Below are positions 1 through 12,675 of a stretch of DNA of 64,000 nt, one piece after another; the first letter of the stretch is position 1, and the number at the start of each line of letters is the position of its first letter. The position numbers and the translations under genes were made by a program. The notes under the pieces were generated by a model. The model had not been told where the DNA came from. It searched no databases and saw only the letters and a list, made by a program, of their open reading frames with translations. The stretch lies in assembly GCA_002269645.1 (NCBI GenBank), contig NIVC01003111.1, positions 54,901 to 118,900 of the forward strand, written 5' to 3'. The DNA comes from Macrostomum lignano. Lineage: Eukaryota.

Positions 1-1159
1 AGATGCTACGCGCTGTATTTTGGCGAGTTGTGCTGAGAGTATGCTAGAGTTGTGTAAGTATTTGAAGAGTCCCCCAGCCACTTATGTCTGTAATCGGTAG
101 AGCAATTTGTTTCACAAGAATTTTCTGCCTCTGTGTTCTAAAACACCCCTGTGCGTGGCCCAGCTACTAAATACATTATACTGTTTGCCACACTTCACTC
201 ATTCTATCATCCATTTCTTTAACGCTCCCCTCTTTTTGCTTGACCATTAGGCTCTATTCATTTTCTCATTCTATTCTGTTGCCACTGGCAACAACCAGGT
301 AGACATCGCTCGTAGTAGAAGATTAAAATACGAGACAAGGCGAGACTCGTACAGCGGACTCTCTCGATCGGCACCTCACGTGAGACAAAGCAAAGAAGCT
401 CCGTTCGGGATTTTGTCCATATTTTTATCCTTCTATCCTGTTTGTGTACCCTTCTCACCTTTATTTCACTCTATCTCGCTCTCAACCGTAGCCTACAGTC
501 AGTTTGCAGCGGATTAAATAATGAAGAAAGACAAACATAGCGTGTAAAATATGCCAAACGGCTGCAAACAGAGCATAGAAATGAACAGAGGAGCTAACAA
601 AAATTTTATTTCAGTTCTGCAACGAAATAATCAATTTGTTTAATTTAATAAATATGCACAGGCAGCCTGAGAGCTTACAGACTATTGTAGTACTTCATTA
701 CCACTCAAGACAGATAGAGACAGTGCTATTTATAGAAAAGCATACACAAATTGTTTTGTTCATTTTGATCTCAACACTGTTTTGATGGAGCTGAAAAACA
801 GAAAGAATCCCAACGCACTGATGCATTTCGGAGGACAAACAGATTGCTTTTCTCATCCCTAATTCGTTTACAGCAAATCCGCACTCAGTCGTCGCATGGT
901 TTTTGAAACGCACCAGCCCAAGGAATGTACATGTACTCGCATGTAAATCTGTCCAAGGTACCGAGGTCAACAATAGGGATTTGCAGTGCTATCAGAGCGT
1001 GTTGGAGTGCAGTAGATGCGGTCTGTTGCACTCTTACAAAAGCCGCAAGTACTTGATGACGGCACTGCAGAGGGCCGCCCTAAAATATTGTTACCACCAT
1101 TAAGGGTCCTTAGGTCTTTAGCCGGGGTACAACTGTATCTAATTCACCAGTCATTTCAG

Positions 1160-1403
1160 GACACGGATGCCGCATGAGCGTATTCTCTGTTGAACGTATG
1201 CTCAATTATATGTACGCTCATTGTCACAGAGTAACGAGTTGTTCTTTGTTTAACTTCTTAGTAAGCTTGTGAGCTTCTTAGTTTAGCAGCCAACTAGGAA
1301 ACATTTATCACATTCCCAATATCAGAGATGCGCTGAAAAGAGCTTCCTCATCGCAAATTTCTTTCTAGCATTTGAGAAGTCCGGCAAAGCAACCAAGGCC
1401 ATG
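1160..1403 (+). CDS. Two possible small internal exons (1160-1195, 1369-1403) of an unidentified gene
   Basis: tttcag|...|gtatgc and ttctag|...|gtaaga boundaries. Phases are compatible (1-1, 1-0) and give GHGCRMSVFSVEPFEKSGKATKAM. A minisatellite follows the second donor, as in other introns here. No homology recognised. Confidence 0.3.
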
Positions 1404-1432
1404 GTAAGAGCTAATAACCATGCTGAGATCTT

Positions 1433-1940
1433 GAGGAATTACCGAGATGTCAAGGCTGACGGGAGGAATTGCTGAGATGTCAAGGCTGACGGGAGGAATT
1501 GCCGAGATGTCAAGGCTTACGGGGGGAATTGCCGAGAGGTCAGGGCTGACGGGGGGAATTGTCGAGATGTCAAGGCTGACGGGAGGAATTGCTGAGATGT
1601 CAAGGCTGACGGGAGGAATTACCGAGATGTCAAGGCTGACGGGAGGAATTGCCGAGATGTCAAGGCTGATAGGGGGGAATTGTCGAGATGTCAAGGCTGA
1701 CGGGGGAATTGCCGAGATGTCAAGGCTGACGGGAGGAATTACCGAGATGTCAAGGCTGACGGGGGAATTGCCGAGAGGTCGAGGCTTACGGGAGGAATTG
1801 CCGAGATGTCAAGGCTTACGGGGGAATTGCCGAGATGTCAAGGCTGACGGGAGGAATTGCCGAGATGTCAAGGCTTACGGGAGGAATTGCCGAGATGTCA
1901 AGGCTTACGGGAGGAATTGCGAGAGGTCAAGGCTGAGAGG
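1433..1940. repeat. 30-bp minisatellite, about 17 copies (gagatgtcaaggctgacgggaggaattgcc)
   Basis: Directly visible tandem array. It explains the repetitive ORFs 1365-1694 and 1447-2028. Confidence 0.95.
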
Positions 1941-4366
1941 TCAGAAGCTAAATGCATTCGTAGTTTATTCAAAAAAATTATTCCATATTCATTTTGATGC
2001 CTCACCAACCGGGTGCCCTGACTGCTAGTTAATTCTCAAAATCAGGTGCTTGCGAAGAAGCAATCCTGTTTATTGAAGTGAACTCATTCTATTATGTCCC
2101 GTTCCGGCGTGCATCCGTCAAGATACATCTTATATCCCTTATATTCAGATTGCAGCTCTAGGAAAGTAGCCGAGTGGAATGTAGCTACGCCAGATTAGCC
2201 AAGGCAATGTCATCTGTGGTCTTGCCCCACTTCTCCCCTCAGATGGTCTGCTCAGCACGAATCTTAACTGAATTTTTCAAACCAAATTTGAATCTCCATT
2301 TGCAGACCGGTCAAGAACGGATTCAGCCGGCCGCAACTTTTACAAGCTGAGAAATTCAGTGTCCTATTTTGTTACTTTTTACGCTCGTGCGAATTTCCAT
2401 GCTCGGGTGCCGGCCTTTCCTCGCCTGCAATGCTTAAAGTTCAGCTTGTCACTGCACAGTGCCTACGAATACTGGAATGATTTTTGTTTCACTTATTTCA
2501 CACATTTTTATAGCTTAGCTATTGAAAGTATAACGGGTCAGCTCAAGTACCGCAGATCGGTAGCAGAGTTCTTAAGTAAACTTCCAAGAACACACAGCAT
2601 TTCAAGAACGTCAATGACACTGTGTATGCGACTTGTTGCGTTTCGCCCCTCCTGGACTTCTGAAGTGCACATGAAGCAAGTATGTAGCGATTCTTTCTGC
2701 TTCAGATTCACCAGTTTATGAAAACAACGTTCAGAAAAGTACTTGGAGATGGGCAGCACGAAAAGGTAGTTCTCTAAATCGATTTTGCGAACACACGCAG
2801 CAGGTTTCCCTCCCGAAACCATGCAGTGGTAAACTTTTAAACAACCACGCCCGGGTATCTCGTCTCAACTGTGGGTGATGCAATTCACGCCACACGGCCC
2901 CAGTTTAGGCTGGTGAGGAAAGAGTAGAGATCGACTTATAGCTGGAGTTGGATTAAAGGTGCCCCTTGTTGAGCAGTAATTTCGGGGTGAAACTTAAACG
3001 TATTGTTGGGCGTATTTAATTTTGTAGGACACGCTCTAAGTGCGGTTTAAAAACGAACGAGTTTTTACGGTCTGTAAGAGTCCTTCTACTTGTGTAGCAC
3101 GTGGCGTAGCCTCCAGGTGTAATATTGATACGAGTACCTATATCGACTGCTCACTCGCAAGCCCAGAGACAGCTACCGGTACGGGGCATATTATCAGACA
3201 GATCTGAGAGGATCTGTTGTTTTTGCTTACTATACCTTCGTCTGTAGAATAGAAAGCACTTTGTACTCTACTTGTAAGAAGTAGCATACAGCAGAAATGC
3301 GAAAAAAACGATTTCGACAGAAAATGTTGCACAGCTTTCAGACACTGTCGACTTTTCAAAATATAATTGTTCTCCTGAATTAGATTGAAACTATTTAACA
3401 ACAACAGAATCAATGACGTATGGTGCACAAAGCCTCTCTTATCTGTCTGTAGTCTTACATTTCTTCATTTTGAAAACCACTCTTTCCATATCTGCCTTAC
3501 GCTCGTATCTGCCCTCCCAATACCTCTCTGTGCTACGCAGTGACAGTCTTGCCCATTGTGTGTTCTGCCTGCTCTAGTCAACTTGACCCAAAGACCACTA
3601 GACGAAATGGTAAATTCTAATGGCGGTTGCTTTACTTTACCTACTTATTTTTTTAGAAGCGCATCGTCACGTGCACGAGCGTAAACACGTAAGATGAACT
3701 GCATTCTTTTGTCTGGCAATAAAATCAAAGCGATCGTTTGACACACGTGAACTGCAGTTCAGAAAGAACGGCTTCAAAGCATCAAAGCAGCAATATACTT
3801 CAATTTTAGCCTTAACTTTTAATTACATTAAAAACATTCGACAAGAAACTCCTGCCAAGCGAAAATCATTCAGATCCTTATAGTTATCAACATTTATTGT
3901 ACTAAGTAACAAAATATCGCACGAAACAAAATAGCAGAGTGACTCAATAAGAAGACATGACTATACATGCGCAGGAAGTTGCGGTATGAAAAAGTAGTAT
4001 TTAGACTTTTATCACTTACTGGCATCTCAAATACTGAGCGAATGCAAAGGCCGCCGACCACTCGCACTACTACTACGTCAACTTTAAAAAACGACTGTAA
4101 TCAAGAAATCTGTACTCAATTCTGATATACTCTATAAAACAGTAATTTAACACAAAGGTGCTCTAAAAAGTCTCACCCGTCAGTCTTATTTGGTTATAAA
4201 AATAGTGAAATCATAACTGTTTACTAATTAAAATACTTTAAAATATAATACAAGACCTTCGCGTGAGGTTGGGTCGCAGGAAAAGCCCCATGCTTGATGC
4301 AATTAAGATACAGCTACGCTCGTAGCTATATACCAAAGGTCAACAATTCGGTGGCGATGGTCAAGC

Positions 4367-5545
4367 CTACGAAAAGCTGGCTAATGAATCGTCGTCTGAG
4401 TCCTCCCATCCGAGTGGCAGGCAGTCGAACGTGTAGTTCTCCCCATAGTTGCTGTCCCAGAACGTCTGCCCCAAGGTGTCGTAGCGAACGCAGAGCGCCG
4501 CTCGATCGCCCGCCCCTGTGCCGAAGCCGGGCGGCATTGGGATCCGGAAAGCGAACCTGTCAGTCATGTTGGCGGCTGTGTCCGATGCCTCGTAGACCGC
4601 TGGGACCTCGCTGCAGTTGTGCCAGCCGTCGAATGTGACTCGAACAGTTACTCGCTTCTCGAAGTGCAGGTTGCACACCCGGATGTGGCCGGACAGAACG
4701 CGGCTGCTCTGATCGAACGACTCCCTCTCGAGCATTATCTTCTGAGACATGACTCGTGAGATGAAGCCGGCGCAGCTTCCCGGCTGAGGAAAGCACGGAC
4801 TGACCAGGAGACGCCACCGAGACTGACCAGCAGATGCGGGAGCCAAAGAGTCTCGCCTGCATCCAAGTCGCCGAAGAGTCGGCTCCGTCTCAGTCGGTGC
4901 GTCGAAGTTAAATACGTGGCGTACCTTGATGAGATCCAAGCCAAGCGAGTCGGCGAATCGCACCGCCTTCTTGGCGCGTCGGCAACTGTCACTGTCGGTC
5001 AAGCAGCTGCTCCTCAGCGAAGAGCACCGCTTGACGGCCACCCGCGATGTCCAGGTCTCTTCATCCTCATCCAATACTTCGACCAGATCCGTATCTGCGG
5101 CTTCCGTGACGTCATCCTCGTCCAATACTTCCACCTGGTCCGTATCTGCGGCTTCCGTGACGTCATCCTCGTCCAATACTTCCACCTGGTCTGTATCTGC
5201 GGCTTCTGTGACGTCATCCTCGAACGGATCGACGTCGGTTTCCTCTTCGCTAGCTGTCTGATCGCAGCTCCGCTGCACCCAGCCGTCGACTTGAGCCGCG
5301 TTGTCGGAAGCGGATAGCTCGCGATTCGTACCGACCTCTTTGAGTCCGATTTCTCGGAATGCACGACTGAGGCTATCGCATACGCCGTCGTCGCTCCCAG
5401 ATTCCATGCTGTAGAAGCCAGATGATATTTGTCTCAGGTGCGACGGTGTTGACTTGTCGATGCAAACGGCCAAAATTTCTTTTGGCAGCGTCGATCCATC
5501 GTTTACACGAGTAGTGCCAGACTTTCTGGTGACTGTATCGTTCAT
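4367..5545 (-). CDS. Protein phosphatase 1 glycogen-targeting regulatory subunit (PPP1R3-like, CBM21), copy A, 392 aa
   Basis: RVxF-type motif KKAVRFADSLGLDL. CBM21 hallmarks LSGHIRVCNLHFEKRVTVRVTFDGW, TDRFAF and FWDSNYGENY. Three copies of a 17-aa acidic repeat. Single uninterrupted ORF. Confidence 0.9.
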   Translation of the reverse strand: MNDTVTRKSGTTRVNDGSTLPKEILAVCIDKSTPSHLRQISSGFYSMESGSDDGVCDSLSRAFREIGLKEVGTNRELSASDNAAQVDGWVQRSCDQTASEEETDVDPFEDDVTEAADTDQVEVLDEDDVTEAADTDQVEVLDEDDVTEAADTDLVEVLDEDEETWTSRVAVKRCSSLRSSCLTDSDSCRRAKKAVRFADSLGLDLIKVRHVFNFDAPTETEPTLRRLGCRRDSLAPASAGQSRWRLLVSPCFPQPGSCAGFISRVMSQKIMLERESFDQSSRVLSGHIRVCNLHFEKRVTVRVTFDGWHNCSEVPAVYEASDTAANMTDRFAFRIPMPPGFGTGAGDRAALCVRYDTLGQTFWDSNYGENYTFDCLPLGWEDSDDDSLASFS

Positions 5546-7489
5546 GTTCAGCTTGATTTGAAGTCGGACTGAAATTCGGATTTTTATTTTTAAAAATTAT
5601 TTTGCGTTAGCTATTTAATGTGCAGTTTAAATTTTCTTTTTTACATAAACTTGCGGAAAAGTGAGTACGCCAACCTCAAGAATTATGTCACTGTTTTTTC
5701 GAAAACAGTCGGTACTCTGGTCTGGAATAAACTGTTTTCCACACGTCCATTGAGCACAAATTAAAATTAGAAGCATAGTAGGTCAACATGTTTATAGTAT
5801 ATGTACTGAAGTATCAATATTTACTAATAACTCAAGTTTTCGACTGGATGTAAAAAGACGATTGAACTTGATTTGGAGGGTTACGTGGCCCAATACAATT
5901 ATGGTGATAATGATATGAATCATTAAATAATTCAGGTAAATAATTCTTTATCATAGGTGAAATGGGTGCGGCAATAGTAAAGTTACTTACAACCTTACCT
6001 CATCACGTGAAGACCATCTGCGGATTTCCAGGTTGACATTCGTAAGGAAATTTACCGTTCTGCCGGTACACAAAAAATCTACAGTCGCACTGACGCTTGG
6101 ACATTTTCCACAGCCTCAATAAATTTGCTAAATCTTACCAGATAATAGAGAGGCAGTTTCGGCTATGCGGGCAGAGAAGTCAGTGAAAGAAAAATTGGGA
6201 TTGTCTGGATGCTTTGCGGTCCTCCTGTACAGCCGGGCGCGCGCGTACCTATGCGGGATGCGGGAATTGTTTTGCTGGCGTTTCCGCGCTGCCGCTTGGA
6301 TATTTAATACAGCTTTGAATGAAGGCAGAACAGGCCAGAAACCCCATATGAACACAGAGGTTGGCGCCCTGCCTAGCAAACCTCTGCAGGCTGTACTATT
6401 ATTGGCTAGTCAAGAGCTGGCTGGGGTTAGAAAGCCCAGAAAGCCAGATAGACCAGAAACTTGGCTGCCCTACTACAATTTTTTTTGCTTCGATCCGTCT
6501 GTGCAAGCTGTTTACCGCGCGCTCGGCTCTAATCTACTGAGCCAGTAAAACCCGATTCTAAGCGGTTTCTGGCGCAAAAAAGTGAATTGAAGGCAGTTTC
6601 CAGACAGTCAGTCGGATGCAGACCACTGAATAGAGTAGGAAAAATATATATTCACGGGTGAGGCGCTTCTTTCATCATCATCCGATTCACGGGGCGATGG
6701 GTTTGTTATTGAAGTGCAGTTTGAGCAAGAAAGCCGGATTTTTTAAAAGTACATAATCATAATTCATAATTGTATTCTCGCTTTTTAAACTCTATTTATA
6801 ATTCAGTAAACATTATGAGAGCGCAAAGAGAAAAAATACACACTGTGTAACGTCTAGAAGGGAAGCAAACGTCTTTTAAGTTTTGTTAAGTTATCAAAGA
6901 AGGTCACTAATGTATTAATGAAGTTTCATCCGTTGGCAGGAAAAATCACAGGCCTACAGATTTCCAATACGAGCTATGTCCTAATCATCATTCAAAATCA
7001 CCTTCACCTGCTACTTAGCAGCCGCGGAAATTGTAACATCTGGGTGTTGTGCAGCATGCTATTTTTCCAGTGGATAAAAGTTCTTTCTGCCATTATTTAT
7101 CTCTAGCCAGTAGAAAGTAACGCACCAATGTCGGAAACTATTTTTACATGTACGTAGTTTCTATTGCACAAGCTTTTGCTATTGGCTGGTATTTTCAGAA
7201 AGAGGAGTAAGTGGGTGTTTCTGTTTACCACTGCACCGCGAGGTCAGACGGTACAGAGCCCGGTGAGCCATGTGTTCCATGCAAATTTCCAACTGCCGTC
7301 AACACTATAGCTGCCTATCTATGCATTTCTGCGACTAGGTTACATAGCAGCGGTATCTCAAAGCGCTCGCATTGATCTGTTTGCAGGGACAGAGAATCGT
7401 AAGAACTGAAAAGTCTGCGCTGTTCTTCGCTCGTAGCTGTGACCTTATTTACAATAAAATAGCACAGCGTATCTGATAATATCTTATCT

Positions 7490-7535
7490 CGTCAGGAGCC
7501 TGACGATGCCTGACGCGAGGCGAAACATGCAGCAT
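7490..7535 (+). ncRNA. Minimal hammerhead-ribozyme-like motif, probably degenerate
   Basis: CTGACGA (7500-7506), T, stem GCCT/AGGC with a 6-nt loop, GAAAC (7522-7526), then ATGCAGC. The expected GUH cleavage triplet reads GCA and stem I is weak. Confidence 0.35.
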
Positions 7536-8490
7536 AACAAAAAATGATAGCACTCACGTTCTTAATTTTGCTTTTCATCAGACGCGAAACTTTGCCACAA
7601 TACTGATAATATCAATATTCTCTATAGTAACAGAGGACTTTCATGAACGAATACTTTTAGGAGAAGAAAACCTGCGCTTCAAAAGATTCTTTTAATTGTA
7701 TGATACAGACCTTTCACTCGACAGCATCGAGGATCTCAGCGAATACGAGTAAACTGCATGGTCACTCAATAATTTTCTCCGAGTCTACACGTTAACCTAG
7801 TTCTTCTCTGGTTGCAGTGAATTTGTAGCGCAGAGCTTTCTCTCTCTGAAGTAAGTCAATGGCCAGATTTGTGCACCATGAACTGCACACAGGCACTACT
7901 TCACCAAAACTGCCTGTTGGCAACCTGCAGCCAACAGCAGCAGGTGGCTCAGCCAAGACTTCGGCAAGACTCTCTCTTTCCAAGCCAGGCTTCCAACCGG
8001 ATGGTGCCTGCCCTGATGTCGCATCTGCCCATTGAAATATAAGCATGTAGAGAGACTTAACTGGCATGTTCCACAGGCAGAGACGATGGGAACACTATTC
8101 GAAGATTTGGATGTCTCACTGACGAAATCTTATGGAATACCGTTTGACACCGGCGGAACAAGCAAGACAGAAAACGCTTTCTATCTAAATTCTTGCATAC
8201 CATCTGTCCAGGCAGATACGCTGAGACTCGCTTCTGTGGCCGTTGAGCAATTATTTTTACAGGTGCTACGGCGACTGCTAAATTGAAAATAGAAAACGTC
8301 TCAAATATCAATACTTTGATGGTTTTCTTAACTTTCTTTCCTTTGAAGTTCCCTCGAATAGTCAAAGAGCACCGGATGGTCCTGGGCGTCTTCGCGCACC
8401 TGAGATCAGACAGACTCGGACACAAAAATAGAGAGAAGAGATATTTTTCTGCTATCAAACGGGCGCATTATCTAGTTAAAATTCTGCTCC

Positions 8491-8633
8491 CAATCAGGAC
8501 GTGAGATATGGGAATGTTGGATTTCTTCAGGCCTAGTCGTCTTAGTGTCGTTGGCGCCCAATCGGGACGTGAGATATGGGAATGTTGGATTTCTTCAGGC
8601 CTAGTCGTCTTAGTGTCGTTGGCGCTCAATCGG
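8491..8633. repeat. 68-bp tandem duplication (2 copies plus a short partial)
   Basis: caatc(a/g)ggacgtgagatatgggaatgttgg...ttggcgc starts at 8491 and 8559, with a partial third start at 8627. Confidence 0.9.
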
Positions 8634-9733
8634 AGTTGCTAATTGTACAGCAGAAAATATTTCTCTGCGTTATTCTCTGCAAATAATATTCTTACAAGGT
8701 CCCTTGTCGAAAAAAATAGAGAATTTCTCCGACTTGAGATTTCGAATGCACGCCTGGTTTGTAACTCCCACAAAGGCGATCTCGCCATTCGAGAAGGCAG
8801 ATCTCGCCATTTTTTTAGCCATGACTGGAACTCACAATAAGTGATATCTATCACAGATCTGGAGCCATTCCAAGTCGATTTCTGTAGTTTCAAAGGTGAA
8901 AGCTAATTAAACAGGCTGTTTATGCAGGACAGAGTAGGTATGTAATCAGACCGTCTCAGACGCTTCAGAAAATTCACTGCTTGTCCAACTGCTTCAGAAT
9001 TGCAAAGCTTCATCGGATCCAATTTTGAGCGGTTCTATTCGGCGAAAATTTTCTTTTTCTTATATTGTGCTCCAGTGTATTTCACAGTCGAGTAAAAAAT
9101 ATCATATCTCATTAAAATATGCACATTGCTGTAAAGTTCTATCTGGAAATATTATTTATTACTTGTGCACGCTCGGGTATGCTTGCACATGACAGGTGAA
9201 TTTGGGAAAGAAAAAGTCACGTGACAAGACTGAATGAAAAAAAACTTAAATCTTTGTGCCTCATGCTAACAGGCCTTTTTCGCTTGAATGAAAAATTCGA
9301 GTTTTTTGGGACGAGTGTCACGAAACAAAATCAATGAACAATGCTGAACTATACAAAATGACCCCTGTGACATTATTTGTCACACAGATGAGGTTGTTGC
9401 TGCCAAGCGAGTTCTCGCGCCGAAAATTCATTCGGAGGACTAATTTGGTACAATTGTGACTGCGATTGTACATATCAAATGAGGATCAACTCTGGAATTG
9501 CGAGTACATGAAACATGTATAACATAACAAAAAATGACTATTCAACATGAATGTACAATCCTCAAGATAAGCCATTCAGAAGACTCGTATAGAGAATTGT
9601 TTACAAATTATTTATACAAAAAATATATTTTTTTAGATAAAAAAACTGCTCAATATCATGCGAAAAATGAACATAATGCGAGAGAAACCAAATGAAACTG
9701 CAAAGACACTCTCAACAACGATGCATATCAGAT

Positions 9734-10855
9734 CTACGAAAAGCTTGCTAATGACTCGTCTGAGTCCTCCCATCCGAGTGGCAGGCAGTCGAACGTGTAG
9801 TTCTCCCCATAGTTGCTGTCCCAGAACGTCTGCCCCAAGGTGTCGTAGCGAACGCAGAGCGCCGCTCGATCGCCCGCCCCTGTGCCGAAGCCGGGCGGCA
9901 TCGGGATCCGGAAAGCGAACCTGTCAGTCATGTCGGCGGCTGTGTCCGATGCCTCGTAGACCGCCGGGACCTCGCTGCAGCTGTGCCAGCCGTCGAATGT
10001 GACTCGAACAGTTACTCGCTTCTCGAAGTGCAGGTTGCACACCCGGATGTGGCCGGACAGAACGCGGCTGCTCTGATCGAACGACGCCCTCTCGAGCATT
10101 ATCTTCTGAGACATGACTCGCGAGATGAAGCCGGCGCAGCCTCCCGGTTGAGGAAAGCACGGACTGACTAAGAGGCGCCGCCGAGACCGACCAGCAGATG
10201 CGGGAGCCAAAGAGTCTCGCCTGCGTCCAAGTCGCCGAAGAGTCGGCTCCGTCTCAGTCGGTGCGTCGAAGTTAAATACGTGGTGCACCTTGATGAGATC
10301 CAAGCCGAGCGAGTCGGCGAATCGCACGGCCTTTTTGGTGCGTCGGCTACTGTCGCTGTCAGTCGAGCAGCTGCTCCTCAGCGAAGAGCACCGCTTGACG
10401 GCCACCCGCGATGTCCAGGTCTCTTCGTCATCATCCAATACTTCGACCTGGTCCGTATCTGCGGCTTCCGTGACGTCATCCTCGTCCAATACTTCCACCT
10501 GGTCCGTATCTGCGGCTTCCGTGACGTCATCCTCGAACGGATCCACGTCCGTTTCCTTTTCGCTGGCTGTCTGATCGCAGCTCCGCTGCACCCAGCCGTC
10601 GACTTGAGCCGCGGTGTCGGAAGCGGATAGCTCGCGATTCGTACCGACCTCTTTGAGTCCGATTTCTCGGAATGCACGACTGAGGCTATCGCATACGCCA
10701 TCGTCGCTCCCGGATTCCATGCTGTAGATTCCGGATGATATTTGGCTCAGGTGCGACGTTGTTGACTTGTCGATGCGAACGTCCAGGGCGTTTCCCGACG
10801 GTAGCGCCGATCCATCGTTTTCGGTGACAGCCCGGCTGATGACTGAATCGTTCAT
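9734..10855 (-). CDS. PPP1R3-like glycogen-targeting subunit (CBM21), copy B, 373 aa
   Basis: Same RVxF and CBM21 motifs as copy A and highly similar CDS. Only two copies of the 17-aa acidic repeat. Confidence 0.9.
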   Translation of the reverse strand: MNDSVISRAVTENDGSALPSGNALDVRIDKSTTSHLSQISSGIYSMESGSDDGVCDSLSRAFREIGLKEVGTNRELSASDTAAQVDGWVQRSCDQTASEKETDVDPFEDDVTEAADTDQVEVLDEDDVTEAADTDQVEVLDDDEETWTSRVAVKRCSSLRSSCSTDSDSSRRTKKAVRFADSLGLDLIKVHHVFNFDAPTETEPTLRRLGRRRDSLAPASAGRSRRRLLVSPCFPQPGGCAGFISRVMSQKIMLERASFDQSSRVLSGHIRVCNLHFEKRVTVRVTFDGWHSCSEVPAVYEASDTAADMTDRFAFRIPMPPGFGTGAGDRAALCVRYDTLGQTFWDSNYGENYTFDCLPLGWEDSDESLASFS

Positions 10856-12344
10856 GTTTAGCTTGATTTGAAGTCGGACTGAAATTTGAATTGATGGGGC
10901 AGGTTGTTAATTATTCGCCAAGTAACCATTAAAAATTTCATTTTTTGACCTTTATAAGTTTCGCTTCCTACTTGAAGTAGTAAAAGTTGCGGCTTCCAGC
11001 TATTACTAATATTGTGTTGTGTTGCTGTTTTAGAGTACAAAATGTTGTTTTGACTAAGATTTTCTGTTGTGCAAATGTGAATTCACTGTTGTTCCGTGGC
11101 TACATTTGGTTGGGTTGGGAACAAATAGAGCCATTCTGCAACGTTCCAATCGTCCTCGCAGAAAACTGTACGAAAAGGTATTAGTAAATAATTTCTGTTT
11201 TTTTCAACGATAGGATAGACACTAATAATGGCTAAACGCTACAGCAAGATTATGACTGTCCTGGCTCCTACCTCATCAAGTGAAACGACCGAAGCTTCGC
11301 TTTCGATCCGAATGAGTAAGAGGAGACTTGTAAGTCGCGGCACAAGTTAATCAGTCTATACAAAAGCCTTCCCAGCTGCTAGGTATGAAAATCCTGCTTT
11401 TATATTTGTCGATGGTCGAGAGACGAGGTGTAGAAAAATGTGAGAGGTTGGGTCGGGGTGTCTCCCGATCCTGCACTGCCACGACGCGTGTACGCTGGGT
11501 GAGGGCGGCGTCGCCCGGTTCTGGCTGGGGCAGACCCAGCGATAAAAGGACGAGTGGACAGTATTATGCAGCCTAATCGACAGAGCGTTCTCTAAAACCT
11601 GTCCGCCATTGGCTGAGAGCATGGGTAAGGAGGGCGGGAATGCACATTGTGTATTTAGGGTTCAAACTGAGGTCGTTGGCAGCAGTAATAGCTGCCTTCC
11701 CTTACAACCTTTACTGTTAGTTATCTTTTCTGTGCCAGGGAGTTCCAAGGCAAGCCTTCTATGGAGTGACAAGGAGTCAGTTTAAAGCTGGCTGAACTCT
11801 TCCTAGAAGTTTCTGTCAGTTCTTTATCGCCTTTTTTCTAACCTTTATCAGTGTAAAATTAATATTTGAGAGCAACATTGAAGCGGTCTTTCACTCTACC
11901 ATTCAAGAACTCTTGTCTGTCCATTTAATGATTTCGAAATTCACCTTTTTTAGCACACAGAAACGGGAGAAAAATACATGGGACAAACTCTCGAACAGAA
12001 AAGCTAGAACTCGTTCACAATGACGACTCATTCTAAGGCAGCCAAAATTCTCCATCTTGTTAATTTTCAATGAATAATCTTTAATCTTGCCAAATCTCCA
12101 ACAAAACGAAGTTGCAATTCAGCAATTTTTTAATTGCTTGGCCCAACATTTATTCAGAGCCGGGGCTTCAGGGCCGCACACTGAGCACGAAAACTAATCA
12201 AAGGTGGCCTCTGTGGGTAGAAAGCAGTATCAACCGAGTAATGTGCTTGCAGAGCGAGGTCTGTGTGTGCATTTTAACTCATGCAAATAGAGATCAAACT
12301 TTGATTACTTTTTGATTTACTGATAGTACCTGAATTACCTACCG

Positions 12345-12675
12345 AGGACCACTAACCAGGGACCACTAACCAGTGACCAATATCAAAAAGGACCACTAAA
12401 AAGGACAACTAACCAAGGATCAGGGACCACTAACCAGAAACCAATAACAGGGACCACTAATCGGGACCACTAACCAGAGACCACTAACCAAGGACAACTA
12501 AACAGCAGGGACCACCAATCAGTGACAAATAACCAGGGGCCATTAACCAGTGATCATTAACCAGGGACCAGGGACTAGGGACCACTAACTAGTGATCAAT
12601 AATCAGGGACCACCATCCAGAGACCACTAACCAAGGACAACTAACCAGGGACCAGGGACCACTAACCAGTGACCC
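12345..12675. repeat. Degenerate short-period repeat built on ggaccactaacca
   Basis: Many imperfect copies of the ~13-bp motif are visible. Confidence 0.8.

Noticed and set aside
7792-8458. Short ORFs between the PPP1R3 copies
   Set aside because: No recognisable motif and no consistent splice chain.
11600-11640. CCAAT and GC boxes as the PPP1R3 copy B promoter
   Set aside because: These short motifs occur commonly by chance and no TSS or donor could be tied to them.
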